64,000 bases of DNA from Caulobacteraceae bacterium (GCA_947475845.1 CANJMO010000005.1:11676-75675); one strand, 5' to 3'; numbered from the stretch's first letter, positions 41,608-51,978 are shown. Made by a program: numbers and translations. The notes: generated from the sequence alone by a model not told the origin.

Positions 41608-43454
41608 TCAGGGGGAATCAATCGTAAGCGGCGCCGGGGCCCCGGCGGGCATCATCGCCCGGATCCGGGTCATCAGCTCGTCCAGGGAGAAGGGCTTGGC
41701 GATCAGCTCCATGCCCTGCTCCAGGAAGCCCGACGCCTGGATGGTGTTTTCGGCATAGCCGGTCATCAGCAGCACCGGCAGGCCCGGCCGGGCCGCGCGG
41801 GCGGCGTCGGCCAGCTGACGCCCGTTCAGTCCCGGCAGTCCGACATCGGTGACCAGCAGATCGATCGCCTCGGACGAGAGCATCAATTCCAGACCGGAGA
41901 GGCCATCCCCCGCTTCCAGGACCCGATAGCCCAATTGCTGCAGCACCTCGGACACCAGCGAGCGGACCACAACTTCGTCTTCGACGAGAGCGACCGTCCC
42001 CCGGCCCGGAGAAACCAGGTCGGTATCGACGACCGGCGCCGACGCCGACGCCGCCTGGCCTATGTAACGCGGCAGGGTGATCAGAACGGTCGCTCCCTGC
42101 CCCACCGCGCTGACGATCTCGACGTCGCCCTCCGACTGGCGCGCGAAGCCGTAGATCATCGACAGGCCAAGGCCAGTGCCCTGGCCCAGGGGTTTGGTGG
42201 TGAAGAACGGGTCAAAGACGCGCTGCAGGGTTTCCGGATCCATGCCCACGCCCGTGTCGCTGACCGCGACCTGCACATAGTCGCCGGGAGGGATGCCGCG
42301 GGCCTGGGCGGCGGCGGGGCTCAGCGTAAGGTTGGCGGTCCTGATCCGCAGACGTCCGCCTTCGGGCATGGCGTCCCGCGCGTTGATGACGAGGTTGAGA
42401 ATCGCGCTTTCCAATTGCGGCGCGTCGCACCGGGTCAGCCACAGGTCGCGTTCCAGCTCCAGATCCAGTTCGATACGCTCGCCCAGGGTCCGGCGCAGCA
42501 GATCCTCCATCGACGCGGCCAGGGGATTGATCTCGACGGGCTTGGGATCGAGGGGCTGACGGCGGGCGAAGGCCAGCAGGCGGTGGGTCAGGGCGGCGGC
42601 CCGGTTGGCGGAGGTCTGGGCGTCGTTGATCAGGCGTTCGACCCGATCGGCCTCGCCTCGCTTCAGCCGCAGCTGCAGCAGGTCGAGGCAGCCGATGATG
42701 CCCTGGAGGAGGTTGTTGAAGTCGTGGGCGACCGCCGCCTGCATAGGCGCAAGGTCATCGGGATGGATGCCGGCGAAAAACTCGGCGATCGGCGCGCCCG
42801 AGGCGGCGCGGATCGGGTCCACGCCGTAGAGCTTGGCGAAGCGTTCGTCGGCGACGACACGATCATTGGGAATATCCCAGTCCCAGGTGCCGATGCCGCG
42901 CCCGCCGCTGAGGGCCAGGTGCAGCCGCTCCTCGCTCAGGGACAGCCGGGCGGCGTTGAGCACCTGCTCGGTGGTTTCGGTGCAGACCACCAGCACGCCG
43001 CCAACGCCGCCCGGGGCGCCCTCGTCGTCGATCGGGCCGTAGCTGTAGGTCCAGTAGACGTCTTCGCGCACCCCGTTGCGGGTGATCGGCACCAGGGCGT
43101 TCTCGTGCCAGGTGGCCCCGCGGCCGGCCATGACCTGCTCGATCTGGGGCCCGATGATCGGCCAGATTTCGGCCCAGACCTCGATGGCGGGCTTGCCGAG
43201 CGAGCCGGGGTGGCGTTCGGGCCCAATCGATAGGCGATAGGCGCGTTATAGAGGCAGGCCCCGTCCGCGCCCCAGAAGATGTACATCTGGTGGCCGGTGT
43301 TGAGCATCAGCCGCACCGCGGTGCGCAGGCTCTGCGACCACTTCGCCGGGGACCCGACGCCGGACCGCGTCCAGTCATGCGCGCGCATCAGCGCGCCCAT
43401 CTCGCCGCCGCCTTGCAGGAAGCTCAGGTCACTGAAGGTCGCGGCGGGCGGCAT
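41608..43454 (-). pseudogene. hybrid PAS sensor histidine kinase / receiver, frameshifted near 43241..43247
   Basis: N-terminal piece (frame of ORF 42936..43676) FLQGGGEMGALMRAHDW..MYIFWGADGACLYN. It continues in the frame of ORF 41608..43131 as AYRLSIGPERHPGSLGKPAIEVWAEIWPIIGPQIEQVMAG... H-box AHDFNNLL, N/G boxes, and a C-terminal receiver domain (VEDE..DLLVTDVGLPG..). Confidence 0.8.
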
Positions 43455-43522
43455 GTCCAAGCTCGGCAGTTTGTCAGGCGACCCTAGAAGGCCCGCCCGC
43501 CCCTGCATAGCCGCCTGCGCGC

Positions 43523-44002
43523 CTAGTCGTCGCTGCGATCGCGCAGCAGTTCGTAGTCGACATAGTCGATGGCGTCCTCGGGGTCGGCCAGTTCGGCTTC
43601 CGAGAAGGTCAGGCCGCGCACGCTGACGCCGGCCGCGTGGGTGCTTTCCGGATCGCCGGTGATCAGGGGATGCCATCGCGGCAAGGGCTTACCCTCATGC
43701 AGCCGGCGGTAGGCGCAGGAGGGGGGCATCCATTCCAGGCCATCGATATTGTGCGGCGTCAGCTTGATGCACTCGGGCACATGGACCTTGCGGTTGGAGT
43801 AGTCCGAGCAAGCGCAGGCCTGGCTGTCGAACAGGCGGCAGTGGACTTTGGTCGGGATGATCTCGCCGGTGTCCTCGTCCTCGAAGCGCACCAGGCAGCA
43901 CAGGCCGCAGCCGTCGCACAGGCTCTCCCATTCGCCCGGAGACATCCGTTCGAGGGACTTGGTTTCCCAAAAAGGCCGAGTGTCCTTGTGCGCCATGCCC
44001 AA
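43523..44002 (-). CDS. ycgN: YcgN-family cysteine-cluster protein (UPF0260)
   Basis: FWETKSLERMSPGEWESLCDGCGLCCL...C..Y..R...VP.C. Start may be the ATG at 43996. Confidence 0.85.
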   Translation of the reverse strand: MGMAHKDTRPFWETKSLERMSPGEWESLCDGCGLCCLVRFEDEDTGEIIPTKVHCRLFDSQACACSDYSNRKVHVPECIKLTPHNIDGLEWMPPSCAYRRLHEGKPLPRWHPLITGDPESTHAAGVSVRGLTFSEAELADPEDAIDYVDYELLRDRSDD

Positions 44003-44062
44003 GGCTCCTAAACCCCAGGCCGCGCAACGCCTATCCTCCCCGCACCGAAAGTTCGATTTTCA

Positions 44063-45889
44063 ATGGCCGCCGCCCGCGCCCCTATCCTCGCGCTGAAAGA
44101 CGTGCGTCTGCACGACGGCCCCGTGATGCTGTTCGACGGCGTCGATCTGGCCATCGACGCGCGGGTCCGCGCCTGCCTCGTCGGCCGCAACGGCGCCGGC
44201 AAATCGACCCTGATGCGGATTCTGATCGGCGCTATCGACACCGACGGCGGCGACCGCCACGCACAACCCGGCATCCGCATTTCGGTGGTGCCGCAGGAGC
44301 CGGAGATCATCGGCGAGACCCTGCTCGACTACGCCATCGCCGGCGGCGCGGAAGCCTACAAAGCCGAGGCAAGCCTGGACGTTTTCGGCCTGGACCCGTC
44401 CAAGTCGGCCAAGGGACTGTCGGGCGGCGAGACCCGCCGCGCGGCCCTGGCGCGCGCCTTCGCCGAGGACGCCGACCTGCTGCTGCTGGACGAGCCGACC
44501 AACCACCTGGACATCCTGGCCATCGAGACCCTGGAAGAGGTGCTCAAGGAAAGCCGCTGCGCCGCCCTGATCGTGAGCCACGACCGGGCGTTCCTTGAAC
44601 GGGTCACCCAGCGCTGCTTCTGGCTCGACAACCGCAAGGTCCGCCGGCTGGATAAGAGCTTCAGCCACTTCGACGAGTGGGCCGAGAAGGTGGTCGCCCA
44701 GGAAGCCGACGAGGCCCGCCGCCTCGACAAGCAGCTGCAGAAGGAAGAGCACTGGTTGCTGCGCGGCGTCACCGCCCGGCGGGCGCGCAACGAGGGCCGC
44801 CGGCGCAAGCTGATGGACCTGCGCGCCGAGAAGTCCGAGCGCATGCGCCAGACCCAGGGCTCGATCAGCATGGCGGTGGATTCCGGCGGCACATCGGGCA
44901 AGCGGGTAGTCGAGGCCGAGCATCTGTCCAAGGGCTTCGGCGACCGCATCCTACTCAACGACTTCTCGACCCGGATCGTGCGCGGCGACCGCGTCGCCAT
45001 CGTCGGTCCCAACGGCGCGGGCAAGACCACTCTGCTCAAGGTGCTGCTGGGACAGATCGCGCCGGACTCCGGCACGGTGAAGCTGGGCACCAATCTGGAG
45101 ATTTCCTACGTCGACCAGGCCCGCGCCGGGCTGAAGCCCGAGATGACCATGTGGGACGTACTGGCCCCCGCCGGCGGCGACCAGATCCTGGTCCACGGCC
45201 GACCGCGCCATGTGGCCGCCTACGCCAAGGATTTCCTGTTCAAGGAAAGCCAGCTGCGCCAGCCGGTCGAGAGCCTGTCCGGCGGCGAGCGCAACCGCCT
45301 GCTGCTGGCCGTGGCCCTGGCCTCGCCCGCCAATCTGATGGTGCTGGACGAGCCGACCAACGACCTGGACATGGACACCCTGGACCTTCTGGAGGAGGTG
45401 CTGGCCGACTACGAAGGCACCCTGCTGCTGGTCAGCCACGACCGCGACTTCATCGACCGCCTGGCCACCTCGACCATCGCCCTGAACGGCAAGGGTGGCG
45501 CGGTCGAGACACCCGGCGGCTGGCAGGATTTCACCCGCCAGAACCCGGGCTTCTTCGCCCCGGCGTTCGGCGCGGCCCACGACGCCATATCGCAGAAGAA
45601 GGCCGGGCCGGCGCGCGCGCCCATGGCCGCCCCGCCCCCGCCCGCCGGCAAGGCCAAGCTGACCTTCAAGGACACCCATCGGTTAGGTGAGCTTGAGACG
45701 CTCGTCCCGCGCCTGACCGAGACCATCCGTGAGTTGGAGGAACGCCTGGGCGATCCGAGTCTGTTCGCCCGCGACCAAGCCGGTTTCGACAAGCTGATGA
45801 AAGACCTCGACCGCAAGCGGATCGAGCTCGCCGCCGCCGAGGAAGACTGGCTGCGGCTTGAGGAAAAGCGGGAATCCCTGAGCTCTTGA
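44063..45889 (+). CDS. uup: ABC-F family ATPase (Uup-like), two ABC domains plus C-terminal coiled coil
   Basis: Two Walker A sites (GRNGAGKST, GPNGAGKTT), two LSGGE signatures, and a C-terminal coiled-coil tail. Confidence 0.88.
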   Translation: MAAARAPILALKDVRLHDGPVMLFDGVDLAIDARVRACLVGRNGAGKSTLMRILIGAIDTDGGDRHAQPGIRISVVPQEPEIIGETLLDYAIAGGAEAYKAEASLDVFGLDPSKSAKGLSGGETRRAALARAFAEDADLLLLDEPTNHLDILAIETLEEVLKESRCAALIVSHDRAFLERVTQRCFWLDNRKVRRLDKSFSHFDEWAEKVVAQEADEARRLDKQLQKEEHWLLRGVTARRARNEGRRRKLMDLRAEKSERMRQTQGSISMAVDSGGTSGKRVVEAEHLSKGFGDRILLNDFSTRIVRGDRVAIVGPNGAGKTTLLKVLLGQIAPDSGTVKLGTNLEISYVDQARAGLKPEMTMWDVLAPAGGDQILVHGRPRHVAAYAKDFLFKESQLRQPVESLSGGERNRLLLAVALASPANLMVLDEPTNDLDMDTLDLLEEVLADYEGTLLLVSHDRDFIDRLATSTIALNGKGGAVETPGGWQDFTRQNPGFFAPAFGAAHDAISQKKAGPARAPMAAPPPPAGKAKLTFKDTHRLGELETLVPRLTETIRELEERLGDPSLFARDQAGFDKLMKDLDRKRIELAAAEEDWLRLEEKRESLSS

Positions 45890-45918
45890 GAGCTTGAACC
45901 GTAAGCCTGTGGATAACT

Positions 45919-45947
45919 TTCAAGCCACTAATTCTGCTGGATAATTT
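45919..45947 (+). promoter_or_regulatory. sigma-70-like promoter candidate (TTCAAG-17 nt-TAATTT) overlapped by palindrome GGATAA-T-TTATCC
   Basis: Lies in the only AT-rich patch after uup. Spacing and hexamers were read directly. The promoter consensus used is E. coli-type, so this is weak evidence for this taxon. Confidence 0.3.
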
Positions 45948-45954
45948 ATCCCTT

Positions 45955-46579
45955 CAGAGGCCCATTGCACCGCTTGAGAACTGGTTGTGCACCGGATGAG
46001 TCACAGACCCTTTCGGCCGGCCGATTGCCAGGATCGAAAGCTGTGACACTCTCATCAACAGAGCCAAGGCGAACGCCCTGCTCCCCCCGGCGAAGACGGC
46101 GGCGAAAGCCAAGGTCGGAGCCGAAAAACCGAGGCGAAACACCAGCCCAGTCGGAGCCGAAAGGCGAAGAGGACGGCGGAAACGGACCCGGAGTTGAACG
46201 AGGCCATGTGAGCGCGGCGCCTTCGGGTGCAAGCGGGATGAGGCGGCGGCGGGGATCGGACACGGTCCAGTCGGAGGCGAGCTGCCCAGAACGCAAGTTC
46301 ATGGAGGTTCGGCGAAGAGGACGACACGGCCGAACTGCTCGGTGACCCACCGCTTCGGCGAGGGCGATCCAGCGGCGCGGTGCGGGAACTGGAAGCTTCG
46401 TCCCTTCACGGGGACGTCCCTTAACCGGGACTGGCGAGAGGGAGCGGCTTGAAGCCGCAAACTGAAGGCCGCTTCCTCTCGCGGCTCGGTCAGAGCGCTA
46501 CATAAGCAAGCTCACGACCCAGCCTGTTTCTCGTAAAAATGTTGATTCGGCCAGCACTTAGGCGTGCGCGGCCGTTTTT
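45955..46579 (+). ncRNA. candidate large structured non-coding RNA (family not recognised)
   Basis: No credible ORF in any frame. Plus-strand GNRA and UUCG hairpins (GGC-GAAA-GCC 46101..46110, GCC-GAAA-GGC 46156..46165, GCGCC-UUCG-GGUGC 46217..46230). A 13-bp stem at 46436..46448 / 46468..46480. Internal 13-nt exact repeats. Promoter-like and terminator-like elements flank it on the plus strand. Confidence 0.3.
46548..46579 (+). terminator. plus-strand intrinsic-terminator-like hairpin plus T5
   Basis: CGGCC-A-GCAC-TTAGGC-GTGC-GC-GGCCG is followed directly by TTTTT. On the minus strand the T-run is not adjacent. Confidence 0.4.
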
Positions 46580-46617
46580 GCGCGTGGCGCCCGCCCCTCG
46601 CGGAGCGGGCCCGCGGT

Positions 46618-47058
46618 TCAGCCCTTCTTCTTGGCCGGCGGATCGTCCTTGGCGTCGGTTTCGGTCTTGAGGAAAGCGATGATGTCGGCGCGGTCCTGCG
46701 GCTGGGTCACCGGCGGCAGCACCATCTTTACGCCCGGCACCAGCGACGCCGGCTTCTGGATCCAGATGTTCAGCTTGTCCGGGGTCCAGACGATGCCGGA
46801 GGCCTTGAGCTTGTCGGAGTAGGCGAAACCCGTGCCGCGGCTGGTGGCGACGGTTCCGTAAGCGCCCCACAGAGCCGGGCCGACGCCGTTCTTGGCGCCC
46901 TTGTCGGGCAGGTGGCAGAGCTGGCAACGCTGCTTGAACAGCACCTGGCCATGAGCCGCATCGCCGGGGCCGCCCATCGCGGGATCGACAGCCTGGGCCT
47001 GAGCGGCGCCGGCGGACAGCAACAGCGCGGAAACGACGGCGTAAACCTTCAAGCCCAT
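46618..47058 (-). CDS. class I c-type cytochrome (c2/c550-like) with signal peptide
   Basis: MGLKVYAVVSALLLSAGAAQA signal, CQLCH heme site, ..GVKMVLPP (Met ligand). This is the last 146 codons of track ORF 46618..48360. Confidence 0.85.
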   Translation of the reverse strand: MGLKVYAVVSALLLSAGAAQAQAVDPAMGGPGDAAHGQVLFKQRCQLCHLPDKGAKNGVGPALWGAYGTVATSRGTGFAYSDKLKASGIVWTPDKLNIWIQKPASLVPGVKMVLPPVTQPQDRADIIAFLKTETDAKDDPPAKKKG

Positions 47059-47283
47059 GGTCAATCCTTCGGTCGGCGATTTATCCAGGCGGACCATCAG
47101 GTCCGCTCGCGGTGAATGTCCAAAGCCGCCTAGACAAGTCAAGTCGAGAGACATGGCGAAGGTGTGACAACCGCCGGACTGATCGTCACAGCGCCGTCGT
47201 TGACGATTCAACGCCCGCCGTCTAACCGCTTCGCCAGACGCCGCCGCGTGTTGGCCGGCCACAAGATTTTGGAGAAAACGAGC

Positions 47284-48396
<1,113 letters not shown>

Positions 48397-48419
48397 GCTT
48401 CTAGAGAGGAAACTAGAAA

Positions 48420-49028
48420 ATGTTCAATTTTTTCAAGAAGAAGGCTAAGCCCATGGCAGTTTCGATCCACCCGTCCGTCGATGGCGGCGTCAAGCAAGGC
48501 TCCTCGAGCTTCACCGGCGGCACCCTCGTCTGCAAGTGCAAGGACAAGCCCGTTAAGGTGGCTATCTCCAGCCAGGTCCTGCACAACCACGCCTGCGGCT
48601 GCTCCAAGTGCTGGAAGCCGGACGGCGCCAAGTTCTCCGTCGTCGCGGTCGTCCCGTCCGACAAGGTGTCCGTGACCGAAAACGGCGACAAGCTCGCCGT
48701 CGTCGACAAGAGCGCCCTGATCCAACGCTACGCCTGCAAGGTCTGCGGCGTTCACCTGCACGGCCCCGTCGAAAAGCCGGCTCACCCCTTCACCGGCCTG
48801 TCCTTCATCCACCCGGAACTGTTCACCGAAGCCGGCGCCGACGGCCCGACCTTCGCCGCTTTCGTCTCGTCGATCATCGAAGTCGGCGCGGCCAAGCCGG
48901 AAGAAATGGACGGCGTCCGCGCCCGTCTGAACGAATTGAAGCTGCCGCCGTACGACTGCCTGTCGCCCGGCCTGATGGACTACATCGCGACCTTCATCGC
49001 CAAGGCCAACGGCGTCCTGCCGGCTTAA
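48420..49028 (+). CDS. gfa: S-(hydroxymethyl)glutathione synthase (glutathione-dependent formaldehyde-activating enzyme)
   Basis: [16 protein letters not shown]....V.V........[29 protein letters not shown] closely follows Gfa. An internal ATG at 48453 is an alternative start. Confidence 0.9.
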   Translation: MFNFFKKKAKPMAVSIHPSVDGGVKQGSSSFTGGTLVCKCKDKPVKVAISSQVLHNHACGCSKCWKPDGAKFSVVAVVPSDKVSVTENGDKLAVVDKSALIQRYACKVCGVHLHGPVEKPAHPFTGLSFIHPELFTEAGADGPTFAAFVSSIIEVGAAKPEEMDGVRARLNELKLPPYDCLSPGLMDYIATFIAKANGVLPA

Positions 49029-49052
49029 GCCTAAGTACACACGACAAGATCG

Positions 49053-49088
49053 GGCCCGCGGACAACTCGTCCGCGGGCCTTTTCTTTT
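49053..49088 (+). terminator. intrinsic terminator after gfa
   Basis: Perfect 11-bp stem GGCCCGCGGAC-AACTC-GTCCGCGGGCC followed by TTTTCTTTT. Confidence 0.8.
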
Positions 49089-49151
49089 GCCCACGCAACG
49101 CCGCGAAGCTATGTCTTGAGGGCTCAACAAGAAGTCCGCTGGGAGCCGCCG

Positions 49152-49796
49152 ATGAAGATGTCCGACCTGAAGTGGTGGCACTGGACCGTGGCCACCGTGG
49201 TCATCGCCGCCGCCGTGCGCGTGGCCACCGGCGGGCCCCTGCCCTTTATCGGCCTGCTGCTGACCAAGCCCGCCGCCCCCGCCGCCCCGGCCCTGCCGCG
49301 CCCGCACCACAAGGCGCTCGACGGCCCCTCGATCCGCGACGCGGTGCAGTCTCCGAGCATCGTGGTCGAACACGCCCAGCCCGAGCTGAACCGCCTGACC
49401 CTGGAGGCCAGCGTCAACAATCCCGGCGAGCCGGTGGCCCTGGTCGACCAGAGCGCCGTCCTGATCCGCGAGATCGCCCGCGCCCTCCAGGCCGGCGTCG
49501 CCGAGGACTCCGATGCGGTGATGAAGGTCCATGTGCTGGTGGCCACGCAAGGCACTGACCGCACCGGAAACCACCAGGCCCACCTGCCGCTTTACGCTCT
49601 GACGTTCGACTCCCCCGACCTGTTCAAGCTGAAGCCCGACCAGGCCAAGCTGGCCACGGTCCTGGGCCTGGCCAAGACCGTCGTGTTCAACGGTGCCGAC
49701 GCCCACGACGCCATGCGCAAGTGGTGCGCGGTCCCCGCCAACGTGGCCGAAGCCAAGGCCCTCTGCCACATCTCGGATACGTCGAAGGGCGTCTAG
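49152..49796 (+). CDS. hypothetical membrane-anchored protein
   Basis: MKMSDLKWWHWTVATVVIAAAV TM helix, Pro/Ala linker, about 150-aa globular part. No recognised family. Confidence 0.5.
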   Translation: MKMSDLKWWHWTVATVVIAAAVRVATGGPLPFIGLLLTKPAAPAAPALPRPHHKALDGPSIRDAVQSPSIVVEHAQPELNRLTLEASVNNPGEPVALVDQSAVLIREIARALQAGVAEDSDAVMKVHVLVATQGTDRTGNHQAHLPLYALTFDSPDLFKLKPDQAKLATVLGLAKTVVFNGADAHDAMRKWCAVPANVAEAKALCHISDTSKGV

Positions 49797-49823
49797 CGCC
49801 CCACTCGCGCGGGACGCCGCTAC

Positions 49824-50756
49824 CTACTTTTTGCTGAGCTCGGCGTAGAGCGCGTCGACCCGCTCCGGCGGGGCCCAGAACTGGCCGCCGATCTTCCAGC
49901 CGAGGTCGTCGGTCTTCAGCGACTCGATCAGCTTGTCCTTGGGCGTCCCCGCCGCGATCAGCGCCTGGATGCGCGAGATCAGCTGGTCGATCTTGCCCTT
50001 GTATTCGCGCACCTCGGCCTTGCTCAGCGGCTTACCGCCGTGGCCGGGGAAGGCGACGTCCCAGTTCAGCTTCAGCGCCTGCGCCAGGGAGTCCTGGAAG
50101 CCCAGCAGCGAGCCGCCGCCGTTGCCGGCGTCGTAGTTGGGCACGGTGGGGTCTTCCACCAGCAGGTCGCCGAACGCGATGGCGCGCTCTTGCGGGAAGT
50201 AGACGATGGTGTCGGCCCCGGTGTGCCCGCCGCCGAAGTGATAGAGCTGCACCTTCGAATGATAGATCCGCACCGGCAGGCGGCGGCGGTACAGCGTGGT
50301 CGGCGCGAACGGCGTGTGTGGCGCCAGGCGCGTCGTATATTTCTCCAGGATCTTGGGCATCGTCTCCTGGCCGATCACCTTGGCCCCGGCCGCCAGGAAC
50401 TTCTCGTTGTTGCCGGTGTGGTCGGCGTGGTGGTGGGTGTCGATCACCACCCGCACCTTCTTGTCGGTGACCGACCCGATCAGCATCATCAGGTCGCCGT
50501 AGTCCTTGTCGTTGAGGTTCTTGGTGTCGACCAGGAGCGCGCCCGACTTGGTGGTCAAGAGCTCCGAATTGCCGCCGCCGCCGACGATGAAATAGAGGTT
50601 CGGCTTGATCTTGGTGATGGTCATCGGCGGCGGCGGCGCGCGCGGCGCGGCGGGGGCGGGGGCCGGAGCCGGAGCCGGAGCGGCCTCGGGGGCCTGGGCG
50701 AATGCGGGAGCGGCGATCAGGGCGCTGGCCAGCAGGGCCGCCAAAGACGTCTTCAT
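49824..50756 (-). CDS. secreted MBL-fold metallo-hydrolase
   Basis: Signal peptide, Ala-Pro linker, HHHADHTGN metal-binding motif, later GGGHTGAD. Confidence 0.85.
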   Translation of the reverse strand: MKTSLAALLASALIAAPAFAQAPEAAPAPAPAPAPAAPRAPPPPMTITKIKPNLYFIVGGGGNSELLTTKSGALLVDTKNLNDKDYGDLMMLIGSVTDKKVRVVIDTHHHADHTGNNEKFLAAGAKVIGQETMPKILEKYTTRLAPHTPFAPTTLYRRRLPVRIYHSKVQLYHFGGGHTGADTIVYFPQERAIAFGDLLVEDPTVPNYDAGNGGGSLLGFQDSLAQALKLNWDVAFPGHGGKPLSKAEVREYKGKIDQLISRIQALIAAGTPKDKLIESLKTDDLGWKIGGQFWAPPERVDALYAELSKK

Positions 50757-50979
50757 GTTTCCTCCGCTCGCCCGTACCGATGACGCCGGCCGGCCGCTTT
50801 CATTGACAACGCAACACTACAGCCGCGCACGTTTGGGTCAACGCTTGCCCTGTGCGGCGAGGCGAAAGCCCGTCTAATCTACGTCCAACGATCCAGCGGG
50901 GAGGAACGGAATAGCTGACTGGCCCGATCGGCGGATTCTCGAGCTGCTCGGCATCGCCCTGCCGATCGTCCAGACGCCG

Positions 50980-51978
50980 ATGTCCGGGTTCAGTACGGTC
51001 GAAATGGCGGTCGCCGTCAGCGCCGCCGGCGGCCTCGGCTCCCTGGCCTGCGCCCAGCTCACGCTCGATCAGGCCGACGAGGCGATCGGAGCCTTCCGCG
51101 TCGCCGCCGCCGGCCCGCTCAACCTCAACTTCTTCTGCCATGTCCCGGCTGCGCCCAACCCCGCCGCCATGGCCGCCTGGCATGCCGCCTTGCGTCCCTA
51201 TTATCTGGAGTTCGGCCTCGATCCCGACGCCCCGCCGCCGACCGCCAACCGCATCCCCTTCGACGAGACGTTCTGCGCCCTGGTGGAGCAGCGCCGGCCC
51301 GAGGTGGTCAGCTTCCATTTCGGCCTGCCGCCTCAGGAGCTGTTGGCGCGGGTCAAAGGGGCGGGCGCCAAGGTGCTGTCCTCCGCCACCACCGTCGCCG
51401 AGGCGGTCTGGCTCGAGGCTCACGGCGCCGACGCCGTCATCGCCATGGGCTACGAGGCCGGCGGCCATCGCGGCAGCTTCCTGACCAGCGACATGACGGC
51501 CCAGCCCGGAACCTTCGCCCTCGTGCCGCAAGTGGCCGACGCGGTGTCGATTCCGGTGATCGCGGCGGGCGGCATTGCCGACGGGCGCGGCGTGGCGGCG
51601 GCCATGATCCTCGGCGCCTCGGCCGCGCAGCTCGGCACCGCCTATCTGTTCTGTCCCGAAGCCAAGCTGAGCGCCCCGCACCGCGCGGCTCTCGCGGCGG
51701 CGGCGGACGACAACACTCAGATCACCAACCTGTTCACCGGCCGCCCGGCGCGCGGGGTGATCAACCGCATCATGCGCGAAGCCGGACCGCTCAGCCCCCT
51801 GGCGCCCGCCTTCCCGACAGCGGGCGGGCCGCTCTTGCCGCTGAAGACCAGGGCGGAAGCCGATGGCTCAGGCGATTTCTCCAGCCTCTGGTCCGGCCAG
51901 GCCGCGCGCCTGTCGCCGCACCTGCCGGCGGGGGAACTGACCCGCAAGCTGGCGGCGGATGCGCTCGCCTTGCTCTAG
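50980..51978 (+). CDS. nitronate monooxygenase (NMO / 2-nitropropane dioxygenase family); true start probably upstream
   Basis: ..MSGFSTVEMAVAVSAAGGLGSL.., ..AGGHRG.., IPVIAAGGIADGRG. The conserved N-terminal strand ILELLGIALPIVQTP is encoded in frame upstream of the first ATG. Confidence 0.8.
   Translation: MSGFSTVEMAVAVSAAGGLGSLACAQLTLDQADEAIGAFRVAAAGPLNLNFFCHVPAAPNPAAMAAWHAALRPYYLEFGLDPDAPPPTANRIPFDETFCALVEQRRPEVVSFHFGLPPQELLARVKGAGAKVLSSATTVAEAVWLEAHGADAVIAMGYEAGGHRGSFLTSDMTAQPGTFALVPQVADAVSIPVIAAGGIADGRGVAAAMILGASAAQLGTAYLFCPEAKLSAPHRAALAAAADDNTQITNLFTGRPARGVINRIMREAGPLSPLAPAFPTAGGPLLPLKTRAEADGSGDFSSLWSGQAARLSPHLPAGELTRKLAADALALL

Noticed and set aside
45908-45951. DnaA boxes as a chromosomal replication origin
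   Set aside because: There is only one full box plus two half-boxes. There is no extended AT-rich unwinding region, no CtrA/IHF-type site cluster, and no origin-associated gene context in the window.
45965-46345. 126-aa ORF (and overlapping minus-strand ORFs) inside the non-coding segment
   Set aside because: The translations are Arg/Pro/Gly/Ser runs with no start context, no RBS and no family resemblance.
45955-46579. Identification of the non-coding segment as RNase P RNA, tmRNA (one- or two-piece), SRP RNA, 6S RNA or a cobalamin riboswitch
   Set aside because: On either strand I could not find:
- the universally conserved GAGGAAAGUCCGGGC / ACAGAACCCGGCUUA RNase P blocks;
- a tag reading frame or T-arm (GGUUCGA);
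- the SRP domain IV motif;
- the GCCACUG B12 box in proper context.
The segment is kept only as an unclassified RNA candidate.
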